A stretch of 64,000 nt of DNA from Phoronis australis. Its lineage: Eukaryota > Animalia > Phoronida. Position 1 is the stretch's first letter. Each line of letters starts with the position of its first letter. This document shows, piece after piece, positions 37,592 through 50,800 of the stretch. Where the stretch lies: the NCBI GenBank assembly GCA_002633005.1, contig NMRA01000124.1, positions 389,814 through 453,813 on the forward strand, given 5' to 3'. The position numbers and the translations under genes were made by a program. A model generated the notes under the pieces. It was not told the DNA's origin and searched no databases. It was given only the letters and a program-made list of their open reading frames with translations.

Positions 37592-38876
37592 AAACAGAAA
37601 TCATTTCACGATTTTTGTGAAAACGTTACATGACATAATTTCTATATACAGTGTACATGTCTTGGATTGATGATAAGCACTTGCTTTAACTATAAACACA
37701 TACTTTTTATCAATTCATACTCTTCCATTTTTCATAAAAAATATCTTTTAACTTAAAGTTGAGAGAATGTAGCAAACATTTACATTGATAATAAAATATA
37801 TTCCATCTTAATAATTACAAAGATTTGATAAATCCTTCCTGCAAAGGATTTCATTTGCAACGCGGGTTGGCCTTTGCTATTCCATACTGACAATTTGGCA
37901 AAAAGGGCGAATGTTAGTATTATAACTTATCATTTTTCTCCAGTTAATTAACTCAGCATTGCTTGATATTCTAAAATGTTGATCAATTATGCAATGCATT
38001 TTTCTATCCACGCGAAAGAGGAGAGTTCAATCCAGAATGACCCTTTTCGGGGAAAAGCACTAAGCAGATTTTTTTGCATTGATAATATCACTCTTTTTTC
38101 AAAAACGGCAATGTTCTTTGAACTCAATTAACATACAAGAGCTTGCATCATTCGCACAAACTTTTACCGAATGAAAAAGATACAGGAGTTACTTTTGTCG
38201 AAATAATTACCTTTACAAACTAAAATAACTGACAGGCAAGGGAGCTCATAGTGTTCACAGATCTGGAGTCTTATACAGCTCCAATTAGCCGAAAGTGTGT
38301 AAACAATCGAAAACTTCAAATAAACCACTGATGCATACAACAAACTCCACAAAATCCTTCGTAGTGGCACGCTAACGTGTCTTGTCAAGAGGCTAAAAGA
38401 AACATTCCAGGTATCAAAAAACATATAGGTATTTAGACTAGTGTAATCGGTGACGTTTGTGTCTGTTACCACTAAAAGTGTTGGAATTCCACAAACGTGT
38501 AAGAAGCTACATAATATAAACTTCGAAAATTTCATCTTAAGTTACTTTTTTATACACAAAAAGACATTTCATCATTTTTCAACAATTATTTAACATTTAC
38601 ATATATGCACAAAGCATGACCATAACAATAATTGTTCATATCCTTCACTTTATAACCACGTGACCTAATGGTAACCGCCATACCGTAAAAGCTCTCCCAT
38701 AGGCCTTCCATCCCAATTGCCTTAGATGATTTCCAGTTCCCCACAAATGAACGCCGCGAATTGTCAGTTGAAACAAGTCATACAAGTTAATGACAAAGCA
38801 CAACGTTAGCAAAATCGTGCCATTAAATCAACGAAAACCAATGTTGGACCAAACGCTCCGAGTAATTGAAGGCACT

Positions 38877-41800
38877 TTACATAATCCTGTCTATATCTTC
38901 ATCGAAATCCGCAGCTCGACTCATGTCCGGCATCACTTTATTGAATCCGTCTTTACCAACCAAGAAATACGTGGTTATCATGCCCTTTCCCTGTGAAAGT
39001 TAAGGTCAGATTATTTCATTTTTAGTCGGAATTGTTGAAAAATACGTTAACAAAGGAACTAGCGTGTGGTATTGTGGTAGAGTATTGGCTATCCTTCAAA
39101 ATTGGTTCGAATCAGGCTAGATCAAACTTTAGTGGACTTCAGCCAGGAGCCCGTTCCAAGAAACTGACTTAAGTTTATTTTTGACTTAAGTCCAAGATTT
39201 GTCTTAACTTCCAAACTTTGAAACTTCCACATCTGGTAAATTCATCAAACTTAAGACAAAACTTACGTCAAACACTTAAATCAAGCTTAAGATCTCTTTC
39301 TTAAAATGATTTTGAGACAAATTGAACTTTTAATTTAAAATTTAGTAAAATTTAAGAATTGTCTTAGCTAAGTCAGTTTTGTTGGAACGGGCCCCAGGTC
39401 TCTTTCCATATAGTTCTGCATAAACAGGGTGCATAGATAGGATAGAGTTGGAAGTCCTCCCAGTGAAAATGTAGAATCAATACACAAACGTACTGAGAGT
39501 GGCGTCGATGAAGTAATATCCCATGAGAGATTATTGCCCATAATAACGTCGATTGGGATGTAACTTCATGTATGCCAGTCGAGGTACGTTTTGTATTTAC
39601 CCCATACGCTTCGAATTCCCAAGTTTCTTTCGTTTTCTCGGCAGATTTTTTAAATTCTTCACTCAAACTGTTCACATGGCGATCACATCCAATATGTATG
39701 CACTTGTGCGTTAGGTTGTAAGTTTTCTTTTGTAAAAGGAGATGAATAGGGAAAACGTTATTACATCACCGTCGACTGATCCAACGCGTATGAGACAAAG
39801 TGGCATACACATCACACTCGAATTGCACGTCAAATATTAAACCGCGCGCCTCGAAATTACGATCGCGGGAACACATTTGTCCTGAGAAGTGTTACAGCGG
39901 AAAGCACGCCCATCGAAAGAACTTATTTGCTCGAAGATTCGCCTTTTTATCTTTTCGCTTCTTACTCCGCCATTTGCATTTTTAACCTACTGGTGAACTC
40001 ATGGACTAAAGCAATTACTGGGCTGGATTCTACTCACTACATGACGTCATTAGGTCAAAAACTAAGAGTAGAAGATGGCATATAATTTGATTTGTTGATG
40101 TTAGAGGAAGGTAAAAGGAGGCGAACTTCAATCGATAAGATCGTTTGCGGTTTTGTAAAAGTGTCAATAGAATTTGATTTGGTTAGGATTAACACGCTGC
40201 ACACGATTTTTCCTCCCATTTGTTTTGATTTAGCCGTCGCTAAAGATCGCCCCACAACTTAAGCAGCAGATTAACGGTAGAACGCCATTTTTCCCAACAC
40301 CGTTAAATAATTTAGTTAACTCAAGGAAGACTGTAGTTTTTAATGACACTAATTTTGTGTCAGATTTTTTCTTACCACTTTTTACCCACATCGGTGCAAA
40401 GCTGTATATTTAGTATACAGCTTTGTACCAAGGATAGTCTAATTGCTGAGTATTTGCTAGGTAGTGCGACGCTCACCTTCATTATGACTATGAAAGCATG
40501 AATCCAACGCGACATCTGGACCCGGGGTGTAATCTTTATAATCGAAATTCATGATTTTTTGACATTTTCTGTTTCTAGTGTGATATTACGGCTTATGTAG
40601 ATGGAAACGGCATTTATGTGATTACTTTCGTCATGTACTGTAGATAGACGTTACCTTTATCTTGATTGTGCCTCGCTCAATTAAATCGTAGCCTCCGATT
40701 TCTAGGAGAACCTCCCTAGATTCCGGACTGACGTGAATCCTCAGAGCTAAAACAAAAACATCCACGCGAATTTATCCTTGCACACAAGTGTCAACCACAA
40801 AAACAAGTTGGGAAGGATTGAAACACGATGCATGTCAGCTTTTTAACTCTCTGGATAAGCATGAAATAGTGTAGCTCTTTCGCTTACCGACCATATTAAA
40901 ACATTCTACTCTTTCTGAGAGTTAGGTATCAAGATTATGTTATCGTATTGACTTAAGTGGTTCAGCCGGGTTAACCATCCAAGGCACCTGGTAGGTCTGT
41001 ATGCCGGAAGTTGCCATCGACAACCAGTCCAGTGTCTTAACTGGTTCACCAGGCAGAAGCCCCGAAATCAATCAAGTGTAGCTATTGAATAAGCAGCCCG
41101 TAGATTATTCACAGCCTTCGTACCTTTACCGGATGTCTCCATTCTAGAAGCGTAGTTTACGGTGTCACCAAACAAACAGTACCGTGGCATTTTCATTCCG
41201 ACAACTCCTGCGGCTACGGAGCCTACGTGATAAAACCAGACACCATGATCAATTAAAACCGTTAAAAACATATTTTCCATCTAAAAAGTAAACTTGAGGC
41301 TTCGACAACATATTGTTATAAAACCGGCCTCAACGTGCTCAGTTGTGAAGCGATTTCTTGATTTGCAAAGAACCGACTGCTCATTCTTTGAGACCAATCC
41401 ATGCTCGGCACAGTAAGTAGTATATGTTGTAGAACCTGGTCTCAACGTTGACTAACCGTTAGTTCTCTAGATGCTCTGAAATCACGTCTAATGTTACTAG
41501 ACACAAATATGAGACCCAATTTTGTATGGGTAAGTGGACTAAATAAAAATAGTTTTATGATGGAAGGCGTGTATACAAGACTACAGACGGCACGGTACCC
41601 TGTATTGCTAATTTAATTTATACTTCAAAGGGCAATAGTCGCATACAGGGATCCCGCATTTTGTAGAATCAGTTTCCTCCGCTGAATGGCAGGCATCAAA
41701 CTGGTTCTCAAAATCTGGGTCCAACTGCAAGCGACTATAACCTTCAAAGGTATACATTTAAACAACAAAACAGAGTAAGTTTGAAAAAATTGGGCAAATC

Positions 41801-44800
41801 TGGATAGAGTGAAACCACTGAACGAGTGAAAAGTTTGTGCCTGAACACGTCAACTAGAGTAGGGTGTGGTGCGCTCAATATAATGCGAGTCTAGAGTTTG
41901 GTGAGATCTCATAACCTTCAGAGAGTTGCTATGTATTGACCGTTTGGTGAAGAGACCGGCAAATATTAATGCGTGCTCAAATTCCAATGGAGTCAGCTGT
42001 GAGGTGTCTAAACTTTTTGCCAGTTATTGTGGTGTCAGGTTTCCTACAATGGGGCTATTCGGAAAATCTACAATAACTAGAGGGCGTTGGTGTACTAGTG
42101 GTGATAGATTAACAGCCTCGATTTCGCGAGCCCTTTAAATACATGGTGAAATGGCTTGCAGCCGTGTCAACTGAATCTGAGACTGCGTAAAAAGGGTGCT
42201 TCTATGAGAGGAAGTAAGCACGACCTGATACAAAGGTAAGGTTTGTGATTATTTTAACGATTATTCCATTATTATTCTACCGATGCCTGCTAACTGAGGC
42301 ACTCGCCGATATCGACTTCGCGTCAGTCAGTCGCCAGCCAGTCTGGTTAATCTTTGTATGTTGTGATATGTGATACGATACTTGACATAGTAATCGGGAT
42401 CTTTTCGTACATCAAAGCATTATTATTGTTTGGAATGATTTCTAAAAGTTTATCAGTGACAGTTACATCAATCAATGCTGAATGTTTATGCTGTCAACTC
42501 GATACAGGTTAATGAGTTAAGATTACAATCCAATCCCAATGGCAAAGGGTACGTGAGTGATAAATATTCATTGCATTAAGATAATTTGTTTACTCCCTAT
42601 CATACATGTATGTCCTCTGGAAATCTATTACACGTTGAAATGGAAATCTATCACGTCAGTTTTCACGTAACATTTGGTTTTTAGGTTTGAAGGCTTGTAC
42701 CGTGCAGAGGAGATATGCATCGCTTCTGCACCGTCCCTGAAGGGACAAAAATTGTTTTTTAGCATTTGCCTGCAGCTAACCAACAAGATCTTCCCATCCA
42801 GTGCAGATCTGTTGTCAAAGCCTACTTTCAATATTGGAGACAACGAAAATAGTAATTATTTACTTCTATGTGAAACTGTAAACCAATCACCATATATTTT
42901 TGAAAAACAGGGATAACATTTTTGATCCAATCTGGAGTACTTAATTATTCATATTTCAATATTTGTTCCAGGTTCAGTGACATTTTAAGGCCACTTCAAG
43001 CTGTATCATAGACAAGCTTTGTTACACCGTTCTCTTCCCACAGCACTTCCACACACCAGCAGTGCTGCATGGCACAATGTGCAAGTCAGTGGCCCTGGAG
43101 AAATGTGAATCGCAGTACTAAGTTACCATAAGACAATGTGCCAATGGAGTGTCTGTGTATCCAGACGAACTATATCTGACTGCTACACAAATAAGCCTTG
43201 TTGGTGAGGATGCCCTTTCATAGGCAACGAGTCATGTGTGGACAATAGCTTATTTCCATTCCTGGAAGAAACACGAGGGACTGAAACTAAAGAAGACCTA
43301 GTCACACTCTGGTCTAGTTCAGAGTCTGATTTTGGGCTCAAAACGATTCAAGTGATATGCTGCTGTGTTTACCTTCAAGGGTCTAATTGTGGATGTTAGT
43401 GAGGCTGAATGAGGTTACATGAAAGAAAGCCACGTGTTGAAACTGGACCTTTTTTACAAGCGCTTCTATAGGCCATTGAAACTAGAATCCAGATAAATGA
43501 AAGCCAAAAGCTGAGTGACATTAAATTTTCCTTTCAGAAGAAAGGCTTTATACCATTGGTAAAAACTTTCCAATTTGGTACAGATTATGGGGAAATGACA
43601 TTCAGTGACTGCATCGATTGTCTCATTGTATGTTTCCAATTGTAGCTAGCTGAACAAGAATCCGCTATGCACAAGATTCGAGAATAAACAATTATCAGTG
43701 TATTTAAAAACAAATGGCAAACTGAAAAAGCACAGAAAGAAACAACATTGCGAGGCAGACCATAATTAGGCCTATCAGGAGCTGAATTTCTGAATTACGT
43801 TCAATTCTCTCAGGCTATTGCTGAAGGATTGCTTTTCACTTAGTCCAATGGTGAAGTAGATGGTCAGGCGGTTGGTTTCAGTTGTTTTTTCTTGCCTGTA
43901 ACAGAATAGAAGTATTAGCAAATTGTAAAAGAAAAGACAAGACAAAACTGCTTTTGTAAGTCAGAACATACTTGACATTTCATCTTCATGTTTATGTGTA
44001 GAAACTAATAACCTTTGTACCCAAGTCTTATTTAATATCTGAATTTAGTGTGAAACAGGCTAAAAGTGATTTAACAATGTGTATTTTTCATGACACTTAA
44101 AATGTGCTTCTGATCTCAACAAGTAAAATTCATTCTAGGTGTCAATTTTTTTCCAATGCAATGTTACGACATTTAGTGAATTAAGGCTTATTCATGTTAA
44201 TTCGATAACTGAGCTGGTGGTCCTGGGGGTGGGGTCCACGATAAAATAAGGAAACTCACTCATCTAGATAATTTTATTGGAAACAGCATAGTTTTGAAGC
44301 GAAACATCTGTGAAAAAGTCACTCTTTACTTCTGTGCATCACGTACCATACACCTCTTACTTTGGGTGCACTCCCACCCGGGACAATATGAATATGTGCT
44401 GCTAGCCTACCCGGCATCGGGTGAGTTTCCAAAAAGAAACACTTAGTTCCACTCAATAAAACTGTTATTCAGTGGGGGTAACTGGTAGGGATAGCATCAC
44501 CGAACGATGTTGATAGAAACTGATTGCTAAAAACTTACCAAGTAATGTCGTGTAGTCTCCGAATGGAATTGCATAGTCATAGACATAGAGCACACACGGG
44601 GCTTCAGCATCCACACACTTTTTGTCACTTAGTTGACCCTGTTGACCGCAATTGTCCACGAATATAGTAACCTTAGGTCTTTTGGGAATTTGTGGCCACC
44701 TGTCGAAGACTTGCACCACGGAAATTAGGCTTAGCGCGACGACGTATTTTGATAAAAATTGCGTCTTTTACCAGTTGTTTATATGCAGACAGCCACGCAT

Positions 44801-47800
44801 GCGCAATTCAATCACCACTAGTACAGCAGCGACACTGCGAGGAGAATTCTCCGAATAACCGCATTCCCTATATCTACGACGTCTCTCTACACGTATCTTT
44901 AAAATGGCCAACTGCCAAACGGAGCCCGTGATCTCGTTATTCTACACGCCTACACTCACGCGTAGAAGGCCGCTAAAATCTGACTCAGCTAACTTCCTCT
45001 AGATCATTGAAATCGTGGCACCAAATTTTAAGGCAATAGTGTTTTATTCTCTCAGGTAAAGATGTACATTAAGGTGATAGAATCAGTTTTAAAAGAAGTT
45101 ACCGATGCATGGATCAACATCCAGTTAGATAATTCAGACTAACGCGGATGCAAACTATTTCAGTCAAAGGCAATTGCATAAACTTACCCGTATGCATTCC
45201 AATTCTCAACTGAACTTGGCGCCCAGGCCGGTGCCTGATTTTAAACGTGGCTATGGCACTCAGAAACTCTAGTGCCAGTGTGGCTATCTCTCCCACGTGA
45301 CGGCGGCCATTGCGGACAGGTAAACCACTGACACACATGTAAGCGTCACCAATTGTCTCCACCTAGAATGAGAGAAACGTAAATTTTATCCATGACTAGG
45401 GTTTTACGTGTCTTCTATTTGTTGATAAGTATGACAGCTCGGTAGCAGCCTTTCGTTGGCCCAAGCTTGATAACAGACACGACTGTATTTCCTGTTGGAT
45501 AGCTTCCCGTACATAAACTTGCTGGTATTCTCTGTGCAGTTTTCATTCACACAGGTGTGCAGCTATGAGGTAAATTGCCAATAGACTTAACAGACAACGA
45601 AACCAACACTGACAACAGGTAGATTTCGTTTCTAGCATGTTCACTTTACGTATGGACGTTATTTTAGTTGGGCCATGTCCACTAGCAATTTACTTCATAC
45701 CTGTACACCTGCTGAACGGAAACTGTACAGGTAATACGAGCCAGAGTCTGAGAAGCTATCTAACAAAAAAGGCAGCTGTGTCCTTAATCATTACGTTACA
45801 GGATGAGACGCTTCCCAACCTACCTGTAATACAGGAAGGCGATGTTTGTCACATGATTGTCACATTTCAGAGAGCTCGTAAAGCGCGAGTATTTGTTGTG
45901 CGTGAATTCGTAATTCCCTACAATCGCAAGATCTCGCATGCGTGAACTTGAAATTCATTCAAATATTCATATCAGGGGAAAGTTTTCTTTCATAGTAAAC
46001 GATTTTTCTTATTACTGCCCCAAAATCACCCATTTTCTCCTTTACCGTCACAGAATCGGAGGAATTTGTGAATGGTTAAACAATCATTGTTTGGTGAATA
46101 AGATTGCCAATAGCAGAAAAAATATTAAAGCCTAGTTGAAATTTACATTATTTTACTAAAAGGTGAACGAGATGATTTAATTTAGCTTGCCAAGTTCAGC
46201 TACAGCATGTGTACCTCCACCCAAGGAAACCAGTGTGCCACCCTAAGAACATTTTATTGTACAACATGTTTCTAAGACTACCTTATAGACGTCGAGGTTG
46301 TCGATGATATGGTCAAAGCACGTGTAGAGATCGTTCAAAAACTCGACAATCTAAAAGACAATAGCATAAAAATTAATTGCAAAAGAAATGTTTGTAAAAA
46401 CTACAGTCAATGCCATATTGGGAGCTGCTTAGGTAATGTGACCATTACTTTGGGACATTCGTATCACATAATGGGGGAAATCTTTTCAGACTAATGTTCA
46501 TTAGGTCACGCGATATGGCCAACATGTGATTTGCAGATTTTTTATTACTTTGAAGCAATGTTTAATTTTACTTTAAATTAAACACACTTTTCTCTTATTT
46601 TCACCAATTTATGATAAAGAATGAGTTTCATCACGCCAAAAGCAACACTATAATAAGAAGATTTCGTGTCCAAAAAATTTCATGTACAGGTTATCAGAAA
46701 TGAACGTTTGTGTGAACAAAGATGAATGCTTCAAATTAAAATGTGCTGAGGTACGGTAGGAGTGCCAAAGTGAAGAAAGATTACCTGCACAGGTGTACTT
46801 TCAGACGAGAGTGCTGTAAATCCTACAACGTCACTGAACAAAACTGTAACTTGGTTGTACGTCTCCGGCTGAAGGACTCGACCTTGTCTCAAGTCCAAAG
46901 CTACTTGACTAAAACCAACAGGAAGAGGTCCTTAGAAAATGCTCCAGAAAAAATGGACTTCGAGGTAAAAACAAAAACATCAATCAACTTTGACTAAATC
47001 AACCCTATTCAAGAATGTCCTACGGTATATGTAAACTAAAACCAACGCGGGATCTTTCTCCTCTGCAAAATATGTTACAGTTTGGTGACAAACTTGACTA
47101 GATTTAAAAGACACATTAAACGTGCATGTGTCAGTACAGCGTTAAGTCGCCTTTCTGACTTAAGGCATTAATAATTTAGCGTAACTTCATTAATGACTAC
47201 AGAAGTATGACGATCTCTACTGGCTTTATAGTTTTATTTGGAAATGTTCCAACAGCTACATAATATAGGCGCGGATCCACTGTTACCACGAGGGAGGGGC
47301 CTGACAATGAACAGAAATAAGGCAGTAATGCAAAGGTGGCCAAACATAGCAAATCCGGTCATCCGAACACCTTGAATCCTTTCTGAATCTGCTACTGACA
47401 TAATAATTAAGACGTACGGAGGTAACATTCGGCTCAGTACTTCCTCTGTTTTCTTCTGCTCTTCCGCTAGTCGCGCTGTTCTCTCCTCCACAAGCTCTTC
47501 CAAGTGATTGGCATATTTCTCCATCATATGTATCATCTGGTCTACCAGGTTTATCTGTCTGATAACAAAACATCAGCAGTTAGACAGTCAGATACCATTA
47601 AACAAGTGGAGGAAATGGTGAACAAGTGATGCGCAGTGAATGCGTCAACATATTTCTGGAATTAAGAGAAAAGCTTTGTAGAATAGATTGACTTTAAATT
47701 TCTATTCACTTTGTTTTAAACGCATAACATGTTTTATAGAGCGGGGTCTTTCTTGAATGCGTTTAAACCACTGTTGGCAGCGACGTCGTTTCACTACAAG

Positions 47801-50800
47801 AGCACGATTTAAAAGATTGCAGCTTCTCCAAATCTCATGCAGTTACTCCTGGAAATACATGTACTTTTGCGATTACTTTCCCATCTCTATGAAGTCAAAC
47901 TGTTAAACCACTGAAGTGCATATGTCTTAGACGTTTAATTGCTTAAAGCTATTATTATAATTGAAACATATAAGCTACTTATATTAGTATATTTATAGAT
48001 TTTTTCTTACTTCCCCTTGGTCAACGCCTTCAGCTTATCGCGAACGGCTGCGAATGTTGGCCTCAAATTAGGATTCTCCTCCCAACACGTCCGCATGAGC
48101 TCAGTGACATCGGCAGGCAGTTCCTTGTCACGTATCAAAGGACGAAACGGGGGATGCTCTCCATACTTGACGCGTTCAATGATTTCTAAATATCAATTTT
48201 AAGAAGCTGCTAAGTGAAATTATCGATAAGCCCAGGCACTTCCTTTCTAGCAAATTACGGACCAAGGTCACCACCAGCATTAAAGGAGATATTCAAGTGG
48301 ATATCATGAGTAGCAAATGACAAAAACTGATAGCCATGCAAAATTAGCTGTATAAAGTGCCACTCACATCATTATCCGGGAGTAAACTATGCGCTGAACT
48401 CCTAATATCAGTGAAAATAAATAGGGATCTTTTCATGCAACGCCTAATGTTTAATGACTTTGTCCCAATTTATGTTCATTCGAACAAATTTGCTCGGGTT
48501 TCACCTATGTTACTTGTCGCAAGTAAAAGAATAGCTCATAACAACATGAAAGTAATATACAAGTCCAAAATTAGCTGAAAATTTAATGAATATGATTATA
48601 TCCCTGTTGGGGATGTTTCATGCAACCAGCAACAGATCTCTTCGTTTACCAAAATTACCCTACTTTACCGTTATTTATTTAACATAGTTCACAATTACTG
48701 GTGCTTAATAAGTGGTAAACTTATTGCTGAAGACTCTTCTCTGTATTCTAGTTAGCACTACCTTTTGGTGCCATTGGTGGTGAACCGAAAGGTCCGCTCC
48801 TCTGCATAATTTCGTGCAGAATGATAGCAAACGAATACACGTCCCCCTTGGGATTTCCTTCCGGTCGAGGGTTCTTCAGGCGAAGGAGATCAGGAGCAGT
48901 CCACAGTTTCTCTGTAAAATGATACTAATCTATTGAATGGAGCAAAAGATCTTATAGAAATTGCACAAAAATACATTTCTTTGAGGAAGCATTATGCGCA
49001 GAAACGACTTTACTTCCTCAATGACAAGCGTAAGATTTATTTCTGCAGCTTAGTTGGTCAGTTTTGATGTTAAACGCTTTGCATCTTTTAAATAAACGGC
49101 AGCCCGTCCCGTGAGACAAACTGTAAACGTGGGTGTCTTTAAATGTAATTGGAGTGAAGTGGCAATACGTTTCGTCATGCAGCCAACGTGGTCTATTGAG
49201 TACTTACTAAAGAAAATGGCTGCTTCTCCGTCCTCTTCTCTTTCACCTTCAAGAAACTGATGAAGACCAAATCCTGCAATTTTGCAAGTCCACCGACTGT
49301 CAACGAGGACATTGCTTGAGCGCAGCTTGCCGTGAGATTTCAATTCCGACGACTGGATGTAAAGCATAGCCTGCAATAACGAGAGCAAAATAGAACATTG
49401 ATATGTGCGCCTATGTTGAAACATTGTACATGCTGGTGGGAGATTCATTACTTTGTCTAATATATTTAGACTACTGAGGGCCAACTCTTCCTACGTCACC
49501 ACCTATAGACCATGTTGCACACATGCACAAATAATATCAAAATGTCAATACCATAAGAGGAAACGTTTTCTATTCACGCAGCGCATTCAGGATATTGGGA
49601 AGTAAAATACAGAGGGTACGCAGCTATACAGTTGAGTCAGGGCTAGTTATAACCTCCCACATTCACTTAGCAGCTTATCATCAATCACATGGGATTTCTT
49701 ACCGGATGAAACCAATCGTTGTGGCGGCATGAAAATTCTTGAGGGCACTTTGTTAGAATTCGTAACTCTCTCGATTTCCATGTTCAGTCCACTCAAAGGT
49801 TTAGAATTGCCATTTTGACAGTTATAAGCAAAACATTTCTACCTGCGCACCAAATGCACCATTGTTTCTCATTAGTATACCAAACCTGATGCAAAGAAAG
49901 AAAGCCATGTGTTCTCAGATAAACTAAAAAAGACATCATTACTATCACCCTGTTTTTTAACAGCTAATAAAACAAGCATTGGATGTAATAGGGAACTTTC
50001 TAGAATAATGAGAGCACGAATTGGCTTCCGATTGATTTCGACTCATATTTGGTGGACAGAAATTCAGTTACTACATGGTGGTTTATGAATAAATTCCACT
50101 GGCAGTCTTTCCCATTGTTTGAGTAGTTTAAGTTCCCTTACTAATTTTAGCTTTTTTGAAACCGACTAGGATCATGATTCTCCCGCTTTATCAGCCACAG
50201 TCGCTGGATTTCTTCGCAGTGAGAAATGTATGGAACGTGATGTCTTGTTCATCCATTGACATTACTAAAGGTTCGTCATTTTTCGTTAGGCATTAGTATA
50301 CCCCTCCGCTCAGCGGTGGAAATTTGCCGCATTAGAATATCAGGAAAGGTGTTCAAACGCTGTTTATACCAGCAGGTTGAAACGTCTTGTCCATACAACA
50401 TGGGCGCTGAATGCTTGTCCAGCAAAGACCTGATCGCCGTCTAGCGGGTGATTGAATTTCAATATGGCGCGACTATTTCGAAAGTCAGCTATTGTAATTA
50501 ATCTGCAAATGCTATACAACCAATCTTGCCTTCACAATGTCGTTGAGGAAGGACATTTGGAATGTGAAGTCGATCTTGATGTTTTCATTTTCCAGTACAT
50601 CTTGAAGACTCCCCTTCGAGCAGTAAATCGTGACCAGACAGAGATGTTCCGGCTCTATGCACGCGCCTAGGAATGTGTTGATGTTCGGATGGTTGATCGA
50701 CCTCACCTAGAGCAATAACGAGCACTGCTGATATAGGTGACTCTGAGCTTTTGAAGAGAAACATAACGAAGGTTTTCTCTTACTTATACATTTTCGTAAG

